Shown here: piece by piece, positions 1 through 9,225 of the stretch
How the letters are laid out: each line of letters begins with the position of its first letter
Position numbering within the stretch: position 1 is the stretch's first letter
NCBI GenBank assembly: GCA_041640635.1
Contig: JBEPZX010000002.1
Span: forward strand, 32,001 to 96,000
Direction of reading: 5' to 3'
Source of the DNA: Aquificaceae bacterium
Lineage (GTDB): Bacteria; Aquificota; Aquificia; Aquificales; Aquificaceae
DNA length: 64,000 bases
Position numbers and translations under genes: made by a program
Notes under the pieces: model-generated
The model's input: the letters and a program-made list of their open reading frames with translations, nothing else
Told to the model about the DNA's origin: nothing
Databases searched by the model: none

Positions 1-1355
1 TTGATTTTTCAAAAGCGCAAAAGATACAATTTTACGAAGAGTACACTCTAATAGAAAATTTGGGGCTTTATCTCAGTTTAGGTTTAGATGGTCTTTCTTT
101 ACTTATGTATATTCTTACTACTTTAGTTTCCTTTGTTGCAATACTATGGTCTGTCAGGGATAAGCATATAAATACAAGACTCAAAGAGTATTACTTATTT
201 TTTCTGATCACGGAAAGTTTTCTAATAGGTGTTTTTTCTTCTTGGGACATAGTAGTCTTTTATGTGTTTTATGAACTCACATTGGTCCCAATGTTTTTCG
301 TAATAGGTATATGGGGCTATAAGCTGAGAATGTACTCTGCCTATAAGTTTTTCATATACATATTTGTATCTTCTCTATTCTTACTCTTGGGTATTGTTTC
401 TGTAGCTATACAGCATTACAAAAATTTCGGAGAAATTTCCTTTAGTTACCTTGATCTTATTAAAAATGAGTACAGTATTGGTTTTGAGGTTTTTCTATTT
501 TTCTTATTTTTTATAGCCTTTGCCGTAAAAACACCTATAGTTCCATTTCATACATGGCTGCCAGATGCTCATGGTGAAGCACCTACGGCTGGCTCTGTGG
601 TATTGGCTGCTGTTCTTTTGAAAATGGGAACTTATGCTTTGCTCAGATTTAACATAGGACTATTCCCAGAAGCTAGTGTATTCCTAATGCCTTTGATGGT
701 TATTTGGGGAATAATCACTATAGTTTTTGCTTCTTGGTTTACTATAACCCAATCAAATGTGAAGAGATTTGTTGCTTATTCTTCTGTTAGCCATATGGGT
801 TTTGTTGTTACAGGAATGTTTTTACTTAATTACGAAGGAATGAGAGCTAGTGTAATGGAAATGTTTGCTCACGGTCTTACATCATCAGCATTATTTATGA
901 TGGCTGGGTTTATATATAACAGGCTTCATAGTTTTAATATGGATATGCTTAGAGGAAGTATCGTTTTTATGCCTATTTTTGCAGTGCTTATAGTAATTAC
1001 AGGATTTTCTTCTATGGGTCTACCTGGAGGATCTTCCTTTTGGGGTAAGTTCTTAACCATATTAGGTGCAAAGGAATATTCTCTGAACCTTTCTCTCTTT
1101 GTTTTGGCAGGTGCTTTCTTCAGTGGAGTTTATGTACTATACCTTCTAAAAACACTTTTCCTGGATGCAAAGAGTGTTAGCCGTATAGTGCATTTCACAG
1201 ATATAAGAGGGTATAAGTTAGTTGCCTTTTTATTCACAGTAATACCTATGTTAATGGTAGGATTCTTACCCTTTCTTTTCTTTATAATTTTCGATCAAAC
1301 TATACATAATCTCCTTTCTTTAATCGCTCAGAAAGCAATGGGAGGTATCCAGTAA
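1..1355 (+). CDS. nuoM: NADH-quinone oxidoreductase subunit M, paralog 1 (5'-truncated by window edge)
   Basis: Frame is open from position 3 (DFSKAQKIQFYEEY...), so the TTG at 60 is not the true start. Antiporter-like motifs YELTLVP, AVKTPIVPFHTWLPDAHGEAPTAGS, LLKMG, AYSSVSHMG. Confidence 0.92.
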   Translation, partial: DFSKAQKIQFYEEYTLIENLGLYLSLGLDGLSLLMYILTTLVSFVAILWSVRDKHINTRLKEYYLFFLITESFLIGVFSSWDIVVFYVFYELTLVPMFFVIGIWGYKLRMYSAYKFFIYIFVSSLFLLLGIVSVAIQHYKNFGEISFSYLDLIKNEYSIGFEVFLFFLFFIAFAVKTPIVPFHTWLPDAHGEAPTAGSVVLAAVLLKMGTYALLRFNIGLFPEASVFLMPLMVIWGIITIVFASWFTITQSNVKRFVAYSSVSHMGFVVTGMFLLNYEGMRASVMEMFAHGLTSSALFMMAGFIYNRLHSFNMDMLRGSIVFMPIFAVLIVITGFSSMGLPGGSSFWGKFLTILGAKEYSLNLSLFVLAGAFFSGVYVLYLLKTLFLDAKSVSRIVHFTDIRGYKLVAFLFTVIPMLMVGFLPFLFFIIFDQTIHNLLSLIAQKAMGGIQ

Positions 1356-2807
1356 ATGGAACAGATAGTAGGCGTTGAGTTTCCCAATCTCAGTTTATTA
1401 GTTCCCGAGATAATAATCCTCATAACTGGATTCATATTGTTCAGTTTAGATCTTCTTTACAAAAGAATAAATCATACTTTAGCCATAAGTGTAAGTTTCA
1501 TAGGTTATCTCGTGGCATTTTTGTATTTAGCTTTAAACTTCCATCTTACTGGAGAAACCTTCTATGGTTTATATGTAAGAGATACCTTTTCCTCTTTGCT
1601 ACAATCTGTAATGATACTTTTAAGCTTAGCCATACTTGCCTTTACTTACACTTATTACAAGCACAAAAACTCCCTTTACGGCGAATTTTACTACATCCTC
1701 TCTTTCGTATTAGTAGGGGCACTTTTTCTAGCTTCTTCTTATAATTTGATCGTTGTTTACATAGCCCTAGAAGCAGTATCAATAAGCTTTTACATACTAA
1801 CAGCCCTTTCTAGAAAAGACTTTAATTCTAAGGAAGGTGCTTTCAAATACCTAATACTAGGTGGCATATCCATAGCTCTTTCATCATATGGTGCTGGTTT
1901 TATGTATCTATATTCTGGCTCTTTAGACCTAAGAGATATCTTGACACACCTAGCTGACGATGAAAAGTTGCTTATCCTAGGTGTAGTGTTTTTCTTAGTT
2001 GGATTTGCTATAAAAATTGGAGCTGTACCTTTTCATTTCTGGCTACCTGATGCCTATCAAGGTGCGCCTACACCAATTACAGCCTATATGGCAAGCGTAG
2101 GAAAACTAGCCTTCTTTGCTCCACTAGCACGTATCATGCCTCTTGTTAGTGAACACTTTGAAAACGCTTGGATACTGACTATATCTATAATTTCAGCTTT
2201 GACTATGTTATATGGTAATTTGGTAGCTCTTTCTCAAAAGGATGTAAAAAGACTTTTAGCTTACTCCTCTATAGCTCACTCAGGTTACATATTGGCAGGT
2301 ATGGCTGTATCTCATGTCATAGGTTTAAAGGCTGTTCTCTACTTCCTAGTAGCTTACTCTATAATGGGTATGGGTGGATTCGTTATTCTTGGCATCCTGG
2401 AAAGAAATAAGGGGTGGGAAAACAAGATAGATGATTTTGCTGGTTTGCGCTTTTCCAAATTTTATTTGGCTTTAGCCTTTGCAGTGTTCATGTTTTCCTT
2501 ACTAGGAGTTCCACCTACGGTAGGTTTTGTAGCTAAGGCTTTGGTCTTCATGGCTTTGGCTTACAAAGAACTATGGTTACTAGCTTTTGTGATGATTATC
2601 GCTACAGGTATATCTACGGGTTACTACCTTAGATTGGTAGCTGTTATGTTTATGAGAAGAGAGGAAAGCCCTGTAGAAGTTGATCTTTCAAAAAGTGAAA
2701 AATTGGTTTTAAGCTTCCTAAGCATAGCTACTTTAATTTTAGGAATTCTACCAATGATACTTTGGTTTTTTGTTGATATTTCTGCGGAGCTTCTTTTTAG
2801 GAGGTAG
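1356..2807 (+). CDS. nuoN: NADH-quinone oxidoreductase subunit N, paralog 1
   Basis: EGAFKYLILG, KIGAVPFHFWLPDAYQGAPTP, KRLLAYSSIAHSGY, GVPPTVGFVAK; follows nuoM. Confidence 0.93.
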   Translation: MEQIVGVEFPNLSLLVPEIIILITGFILFSLDLLYKRINHTLAISVSFIGYLVAFLYLALNFHLTGETFYGLYVRDTFSSLLQSVMILLSLAILAFTYTYYKHKNSLYGEFYYILSFVLVGALFLASSYNLIVVYIALEAVSISFYILTALSRKDFNSKEGAFKYLILGGISIALSSYGAGFMYLYSGSLDLRDILTHLADDEKLLILGVVFFLVGFAIKIGAVPFHFWLPDAYQGAPTPITAYMASVGKLAFFAPLARIMPLVSEHFENAWILTISIISALTMLYGNLVALSQKDVKRLLAYSSIAHSGYILAGMAVSHVIGLKAVLYFLVAYSIMGMGGFVILGILERNKGWENKIDDFAGLRFSKFYLALAFAVFMFSLLGVPPTVGFVAKALVFMALAYKELWLLAFVMIIATGISTGYYLRLVAVMFMRREESPVEVDLSKSEKLVLSFLSIATLILGILPMILWFFVDISAELLFRR

Positions 2808-2810
2808 CTT

Positions 2811-3182
2811 ATGGATTATTTGGGCCTTGTTTTACTATTTTTTGTGGTTTTAGGTATTGCTTTTGTTATGGCTTTTGTCAATAACCTTCTTGGGCCCAAA
2901 ACCCCAGAAAGCATGCAAGATTATCCTTATGAATGTGGAGTTCCCCTCTACGACAAAAATGCTCAATCTACCTTTCATCAAGGATATTACCTTTTGGGTC
3001 TTTTATTGCTTTTATTTGATATAGAAGCCGCTTTTCTGTTTCCTTGGACGGTTGTTTACAGATACTTAGGTATTTTTGGCTTCATTGAAATGTTTCTGTT
3101 TATATTTATACTAACTTACGGATTGCTTTATGCTTGGAGAAAAGGTGGACTAAATTGGCAATTTGAGGAGGAAAGTATCTGA
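2811..3182 (+). CDS. nuoA: NADH-quinone oxidoreductase subunit A
   Basis: PYECG, FDIEAAFLFPW, YAWRKGGLNW; 3 TM helices. Confidence 0.95.
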   Translation: MDYLGLVLLFFVVLGIAFVMAFVNNLLGPKTPESMQDYPYECGVPLYDKNAQSTFHQGYYLLGLLLLLFDIEAAFLFPWTVVYRYLGIFGFIEMFLFIFILTYGLLYAWRKGGLNWQFEEESI

Positions 3183-4894
3183 TGGCTTGGGCTAAAGCAC
3201 AGGATTTTTTTGAGCTAAAAGAAAGGTTTAAGTCATTAACAATAGAAGAGAATAAAAACACCACAACTTTGTATATAGAAAAGGAAAAGCTTATAGAACT
3301 GCTAAAGTCTCTGAAAGAAAGAGGGTACAAACTCTTTATCGATCACTCTGTCATAGACTATCCAGACAAAAAACCTAGGTTTTTGGCTTTTTATATACTT
3401 TACAACGTAGATGAGAGGAAAAGAGTAATTGTAAAAACGTGGACTGATAACACACTTCCCACAATAGAAAACCTTTGGTTTGCAGGTAAGTGGGCAGAAA
3501 GAGAGTGTTATGATATGTTCGGTATTAGATACGAAGGTCATGAAAACTTGGTAAGAGCTTTTATGTGGGAAACTTACCAGTATCATCCACTTAGAAAAGA
3601 TTTTCCGTTAGAAGGTTTTCCAACTGAAGATCTTCCATCTTTGAACGAAGTTTTATGGGATGATAAACTCTCGGGCACAATGAACTACAATCGTATGCAC
3701 ACCGCTGTTCCCACATTGGAAGATTTAGAAATTACAGAAAAAAGAAGGCTTCAAAAACAAGCACAAATAGTTCTTAATTGGGGTCCATTGCATCCTGGAA
3801 CGCATGGTACTATGTGGTTTTTGTTTGATTTAGAAGGTGAGCGTGTTTTCAACTGTGACATAATTCTTGGACAACTACACAGAGGTGTAGAAAAACTAGC
3901 TGAGAATCAGATGTACAATCAATTCCTTGTATACACGGATAGAATGGACTATCTTTCGGCACTCTGTTCTAATCAAGCTTGGGTTGTAGCTATAGAAAGG
4001 CTATTGGGCATAGAAGATATAGTTCCAGAGAAAGCCAAGTATATAAGAACAATGATGGCGGAAATTCAAAGGATTAATTCTCATCTTCTTTGGCTTGGAA
4101 CATACGCCTTAGACTTGGGAGCTCTTACTATATTCTTGTATGCCTTCAAGGAAAGAGAAAAGATAATGGACATAATAGAGGGAATCACTGGTGCAAGGTT
4201 GACTATTTCTTATCCACGTATCGGTGGTGTGCGTATGGATCTTCCAGAGGGTGCTTTAGAGGTAATAAAAGCGTTTATAGATAGATTCCCAAGGGAACTA
4301 AAAGAATGGGAAACAATTCTCAGTAGAAACAGAATATGGCAGAGAAGAAACATAGGTGTAGGTGTGATCTCTAAGGAAGATGTTTACTATTATGGCTTGA
4401 CTGGACCTGTAGCAAGAGGTTCTGGAGTTCCCTATGACCTTAGGGTTTTTGAACCTTACGATGCATACCCTTGGGTTGAATTTGATATACCTGTAGGTGA
4501 AAATGGAGATGCCTACGACAGGTATTTGGTGAGAATCGAGGAGATGAAACAGAGCATCAGGATTATACAGCAGTGTGTGAGTAAATTGGAGAAGATGAAA
4601 GGTGAACCTTTCTTTGCCGAATCACCTGATCCAAAAAAAATAAAGCTCAGCATAGACGGGATCGGTCTAAAAGTTCCAGCGGGTGAAATATACTCATCAG
4701 GGGAAAATCCAAGGGGAGAGCTAGGTTTTTATGTGGTTTCCGATGGTTCTACTAAACCTTACAGAGTAAAGATAAGACCTGGTTCTATGTACAATTTATC
4801 CGTGTATCCCCATTTAATGAAGGATAGAGTTATAGCGGACGCTGTTACCATTTTGGCAAGCATAGATCCTGTAGTAGGAGAAATAGACAGGTAG
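3182..4894 (+). CDS. nuoCD: NADH-quinone oxidoreductase subunit C/D fusion
   Basis: NuoC part ERECYDMFGI...HPLRKDFPL; NuoD part NWGPLHPGTHG, LHRGVEK, DRMDY, C-terminal GEIDR. Confidence 0.95.
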   Translation: MAWAKAQDFFELKERFKSLTIEENKNTTTLYIEKEKLIELLKSLKERGYKLFIDHSVIDYPDKKPRFLAFYILYNVDERKRVIVKTWTDNTLPTIENLWFAGKWAERECYDMFGIRYEGHENLVRAFMWETYQYHPLRKDFPLEGFPTEDLPSLNEVLWDDKLSGTMNYNRMHTAVPTLEDLEITEKRRLQKQAQIVLNWGPLHPGTHGTMWFLFDLEGERVFNCDIILGQLHRGVEKLAENQMYNQFLVYTDRMDYLSALCSNQAWVVAIERLLGIEDIVPEKAKYIRTMMAEIQRINSHLLWLGTYALDLGALTIFLYAFKEREKIMDIIEGITGARLTISYPRIGGVRMDLPEGALEVIKAFIDRFPRELKEWETILSRNRIWQRRNIGVGVISKEDVYYYGLTGPVARGSGVPYDLRVFEPYDAYPWVEFDIPVGENGDAYDRYLVRIEEMKQSIRIIQQCVSKLEKMKGEPFFAESPDPKKIKLSIDGIGLKVPAGEIYSSGENPRGELGFYVVSDGSTKPYRVKIRPGSMYNLSVYPHLMKDRVIADAVTILASIDPVVGEIDR

Positions 4895-4903
4895 GAGGCA
4901 CAT

Positions 4904-5953
4904 ATGGAAGGAATCGTGGCAAATCTTGTATTGATAGCCATAAAGATAGTGGTTATCCTTCTTATCACACTGGGTATAGGTGCCTTTTTGACATGGGTGG
5001 AAAGAAAGGTTGCTGCACACATACAGAGAAGACCAGGTCCTATGGTAGTAGGATGGCATGGACTTTTGCAACCTTTAGCTGATGGTTTAAAACTCTTAAC
5101 AAAAGAAGATTTGTTCCCTAGATATGGAAATAAGTTTCTGTATTACTTAGCTATAGTTATGGCTCTGGTGCCAGCTACGTTAACTTTTGCTGTTGTTCCC
5201 TTTGGGCCTGAATTTACTGTCTTTGGAGTAACTGTAAAACCTATTCTTACAGACGTGAATATAGGTATACTGCTTGTTTTTGCTTTAGGATCTATGGCAG
5301 TTTACGCTATAGCTCTGGCTGGTTGGGCTTCTAACTCCAAATACGCCTTAATAGGTTCTATGAGGAAGGCAGGTATCGTAGTATCTTACGAGGTAGTCAT
5401 AACTTTTGCTGTAATGGGTCCTATTATCCTAGCTGGTAGTTTATCCACCTACAATATAGTCCAAGCACAGATAGAACAAAAGCTCTGGTATATATGGCTT
5501 CAACCTATGGCATTTGTAGTTTACATGTTTGCTGTTTTGGCAGAAATGGGAAGAGTACCTTTCGACGTTCAAGAAGCAGAAGCCGAACTAACTACCGGTT
5601 TCACTGTTGAGTATGGTGGTATGAAGTTTGGTATATTTCCACTTGTGGAGTGGTATATAGAAGGTTTAGCGCTTTCTGCTATTGGTGTGGTTCTATTTTT
5701 GGGAGGATGGTCTCCTTTAAATATTCCTTTTGTAGGTTTTGTAGACCCATTCTTTTTCTTAGGTCCACTTTCTCCATTCTTCTGGTTTGCTGCAAAGGTA
5801 ACATTGGTTTTTCTTTTCATACTTTGGTTACATTGGACACTGCCAAGATACAGAATAGACCAAATTACGGAAACAGCTTGGAAAGTAATGTTGCCAATAA
5901 CTTTTATAAACTTAGTTTTTACAGCTGTTATAGCTCCACTTATATGGAGGTAA
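4904..5953 (+). CDS. nuoH: NADH-quinone oxidoreductase subunit H
   Basis: ERKVAAHIQRRPGP, QPLADGLKLLTKE, RVPFDVQEAEAEL, PRYRIDQ; AGGAGG RBS. Confidence 0.96.
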   Translation: MEGIVANLVLIAIKIVVILLITLGIGAFLTWVERKVAAHIQRRPGPMVVGWHGLLQPLADGLKLLTKEDLFPRYGNKFLYYLAIVMALVPATLTFAVVPFGPEFTVFGVTVKPILTDVNIGILLVFALGSMAVYAIALAGWASNSKYALIGSMRKAGIVVSYEVVITFAVMGPIILAGSLSTYNIVQAQIEQKLWYIWLQPMAFVVYMFAVLAEMGRVPFDVQEAEAELTTGFTVEYGGMKFGIFPLVEWYIEGLALSAIGVVLFLGGWSPLNIPFVGFVDPFFFLGPLSPFFWFAAKVTLVFLFILWLHWTLPRYRIDQITETAWKVMLPITFINLVFTAVIAPLIWR

Positions 5954-5957
5954 GGAA

Positions 5958-6581
5958 ATGATTAAGAAGGTATTTGAAAAACCTATTAGCTGGATAGAGC
6001 GCATTGTATTTCTAGATTTTATAAAAGGTCTTTCAATAACTATAAGACATGCATTTAGAAAAACTATAACTACTCACTATCCTTACGAAAAGATAACACC
6101 TCCAAAAAGATTTAGAGGCTTTCATGGACATAAAGTCATAGATGGGAATGAACCTCAACCTGCATTCGATGAATGGGTAGGTCGTTTCAACATACATGTG
6201 CAACCTGGGAAAAGTAGGTGTGTTGTGTGTCAGCTTTGTAAAAGAGCTTGTCCTGTTCCTGAGTTATTCCAAATAGAGGGAGAAAAGCTTCCAAATGGCA
6301 AAAGGGTATTGAAAACTTTCAATATGAACCTAATGCTCTGTACTTTCTGTGGACTCTGTGTAGATGCCTGCCCCGTGGATTGCCTTTTTATGAGTGACAT
6401 ACATGAAACAGCATGTTATACAAGAAAAGATGCTATACTTGATATTGAAATATTAGAAAAAATCGGGAAAGATTGGCAATTAAGAAGAGAAAATGAACCT
6501 GACAGAATTTGGATAGATGATACCCAGAGAAAAAGACTTTGGTATGAGAACAACTTAAGCTTTTTGGAGGATAAAAAATAA
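5958..6581 (+). CDS. nuoI: NADH-quinone oxidoreductase subunit I (2x[4Fe-4S])
   Basis: YPYEK..P.RFRG; CVVCQLCKRACP and CTFCGLCVDACP; operon position. Confidence 0.93.
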   Translation: MIKKVFEKPISWIERIVFLDFIKGLSITIRHAFRKTITTHYPYEKITPPKRFRGFHGHKVIDGNEPQPAFDEWVGRFNIHVQPGKSRCVVCQLCKRACPVPELFQIEGEKLPNGKRVLKTFNMNLMLCTFCGLCVDACPVDCLFMSDIHETACYTRKDAILDIEILEKIGKDWQLRRENEPDRIWIDDTQRKRLWYENNLSFLEDKK

Positions 6582-7099
6582 TGCAATGGATGGCTTTTTT
6601 GATTTTTTCATCTTTGGCCATACTCTCTGGAATAGGTGTTGTAGCTTTGCCTAATCCTATTTACGTAATTGTAGCACTACTTTCAGCCCTAATATGCATC
6701 GCTGGAATTTTTTTTGTTTCAGGAGCAGAACTAGTAGGTGCACTACAACTTCTCATATACGCAGTAGCTATAACTGTATTTTATGTGTTTGTACTGACGG
6801 CAGTTCCATGGGAAAAGGCACTTAAGAAAGAATCCCATTACAAAGTCGAGGGCTTGATATCCTTTCCATTCATAGTTGGGCTTTATCTAGAAATCATACT
6901 AGTATTCATAGCAGGGGTAACTGTCTCTCCACAAGGTCAAATAAAAGAGCTTGTTACCAAGTTTGGAAATACAGAAGTCATAGGTGCTATCTTATTTAGT
7001 AAATATTTCTTGGCTTTTGAACTTGTTTCTTTAGTACTTCTAGTAGGTATGATAGGTGCTGTCTTAATAGGAAGAAAGGAGGACCAGGTTTATGATTAG
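6581..7099 (+). CDS. nuoJ: NADH-quinone oxidoreductase subunit J
   Basis: AELVGALQLLIYAVAI, FELVSLVLLVGMIGAV; operon position. Confidence 0.92.
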   Translation: MQWMAFLIFSSLAILSGIGVVALPNPIYVIVALLSALICIAGIFFVSGAELVGALQLLIYAVAITVFYVFVLTAVPWEKALKKESHYKVEGLISFPFIVGLYLEIILVFIAGVTVSPQGQIKELVTKFGNTEVIGAILFSKYFLAFELVSLVLLVGMIGAVLIGRKEDQVYD

Positions 7100-7394
7100 T
7101 CTAGAAGCTTACTTAGTTGTAAGCATAATTCTTTTTGGACTTGGCATTTTTGGAATGATAGTAAGGCGTAACTTGGTAACTGTTTTAATGAGTATGGAAC
7201 TAGCTCTTAATGCTGTAAATATACTTTTCATAGGTGCTGATGTGCATTTAAACTTAGCCAATGGTCAAGTATTTGCACTTTTTATAATTGCTCTTGCGGC
7301 AGCAGAAGCAGCTGTAGGTTTAGGTATAATAATAGCTATTTTCAGACTAAGAAAAGTAGACTCTACAGATGAAATAACGGATATGAGAGGTTAA
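7092..7394 (+). CDS. nuoK: NADH-quinone oxidoreductase subunit K
   Basis: RRN...MELALNAVN, AAAEAAVGLGII. Confidence 0.95.
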   Translation: MISLEAYLVVSIILFGLGIFGMIVRRNLVTVLMSMELALNAVNILFIGADVHLNLANGQVFALFIIALAAAEAAVGLGIIIAIFRLRKVDSTDEITDMRG

Positions 7395-7397
7395 GGA

Positions 7398-9224
7398 ATG
7401 GAGAGTGTAATAGTAATACTGTCACCACTAATAGCCTTTTTAATCATAGCTTTTTTCGGTAGAAAAATAGGAGACCTAGCCTCAGCTATCATCTGCATTT
7501 TAGGTGGTGCCCTGTCATTCCTATTTTCTACCTTCATCTCCTACCAAGTACTATCCTCACAAAACCCTATTCACATCAAACTCTATAACTTCCTCCCTCT
7601 CCAAAACTTCACTATCTCCTTTGGTCTATACTTTGATACATTATCCGCAATCACTACCACTGTAGTTACATTTGTCTCTACCTTGATCTTCATCTACTCA
7701 GTTGGTTACATGCATAACCTCTTTGGTCAATGGACTTACAAGTTCTATGCATACCTATCCTTGTTCCTCTTTGCTATGCTCCTTATACTGCTTTCTGACA
7801 ACCTCTTGGGTATTTTCTTCGGTTGGGAAGGTGTTGGTCTTGCTTCTTACCTTCTGATTGGATACTTCCATGAAACCAAAAAAGCAGCTAATGCCTCCTT
7901 GGAAGCCTTTACCTTAAACAGAGTTGGTGACTGGCTCTTTATCTTCGGTATCATCTATTGCTTCTATCTATTTGGTAGCATAGATCTTTTAGACATATTC
8001 AAAGGAGTAAATGATGTAAACAAAAATCTCTTAGGTGTGGCAGCTCTTCTCTTGTTTGGGGGGGCAGTTGGCAAATCTGGGCAACTACCACTGCACACGT
8101 GGTTGCCCAACGCTATGGCAGGTCCTACACCTGTCTCTGCTTTGCTTCACGCTGCCACCATGGTAGCAGCTGGTGTGTACTTGGTAGCAAGAGTATACCC
8201 TGTGTTTGATAATGCGCCAGAAAGCCTAAAAGTTGTGGCGTTAGTTGGTGGTATAACAGCTCTATTTGCAGCTCTTTCAGCTACAGCACAAACAGACATA
8301 AAGAAGATCATAGCCTTTTCTACTATGTCACAACTTGGTCTTATGTATCTAGCCTTAGGAATAGGTGATCAAGTAGGAGCGATGTTTCATCTGACTACAC
8401 ATGCCTTTTTTAAGGCTTTGCTCTTTTTGGCAGCAGGTAGTGTAATACACGCCTTTGGGCACCATGTGCATGACATATTTGAGGTAGGCAACCTGAAAAA
8501 ATACATGCCAATAACGTATGGTATGTTTATGGTAGGTGCATTGGCACTGGCAGGAGTTTTTCCACTGTCAGGATTTTGGAGCAAAGACAGGATCATAGGT
8601 AGTGTGTATGATGTAAGTTTTGGGTTTGGTGTGCTGGCGAGTGTAGTGAGTTTATTGACAGCGTATTACATATTTAGGGAAGCTTTTGTGATGTTTCATG
8701 GGAAAGAGAGACACAAAGACAAGGCACATGAGAGTGAGGGAGTGATGGTGGTGCCTATGGTTGTGTTGGCAATAATGGCAGTGGGTAGTGGGTTTTTTGA
8801 AGGTTGGTATAGTGGATTATTTGGAGCACACAAAGAGATACACCTGAATATAGCAGTAATGTCTGTAGTAATAGCATTGGTGGGTATTGGTATAGCTTAC
8901 TTGGTGTATGTAAGAGGTCTTGTAGAGCCAGAGAGAGCTTACGAGTCACTAAAAACACTTCATACAACCTTTAAAGAACAGTTCTTTACTGAAAAACTCT
9001 ACCATAAAATACTCGCTAATGGATACATGTTGTACTCCAATTTAATATATGCAGCATTTGAGAAGCAATTTATAGATAAAATAGTGGAGAGCACTTACAG
9101 ATTATCTAATGGGATTGGTGATTTTGTTAAGTTTCTACATACAGGTAAGATAAACCACTATATGTGGACAGCTTACTTAGGAATAGCAATCTTTCTTATC
9201 ATACTCATAGTTATGGGAGGTTAG
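7398..9224 (+). CDS. nuoL: NADH-quinone oxidoreductase subunit L
   Basis: FGWEGVG, NRVGD, GKSGQLPLHTWLPNAMAGPTPVSALLHAATMV, THAFFKALLFL, GFWSKD; C-terminal lateral helix. Confidence 0.96.
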   Translation: MESVIVILSPLIAFLIIAFFGRKIGDLASAIICILGGALSFLFSTFISYQVLSSQNPIHIKLYNFLPLQNFTISFGLYFDTLSAITTTVVTFVSTLIFIYSVGYMHNLFGQWTYKFYAYLSLFLFAMLLILLSDNLLGIFFGWEGVGLASYLLIGYFHETKKAANASLEAFTLNRVGDWLFIFGIIYCFYLFGSIDLLDIFKGVNDVNKNLLGVAALLLFGGAVGKSGQLPLHTWLPNAMAGPTPVSALLHAATMVAAGVYLVARVYPVFDNAPESLKVVALVGGITALFAALSATAQTDIKKIIAFSTMSQLGLMYLALGIGDQVGAMFHLTTHAFFKALLFLAAGSVIHAFGHHVHDIFEVGNLKKYMPITYGMFMVGALALAGVFPLSGFWSKDRIIGSVYDVSFGFGVLASVVSLLTAYYIFREAFVMFHGKERHKDKAHESEGVMVVPMVVLAIMAVGSGFFEGWYSGLFGAHKEIHLNIAVMSVVIALVGIGIAYLVYVRGLVEPERAYESLKTLHTTFKEQFFTEKLYHKILANGYMLYSNLIYAAFEKQFIDKIVESTYRLSNGIGDFVKFLHTGKINHYMWTAYLGIAIFLIILIVMGG

Positions 9225-9225
9225 C

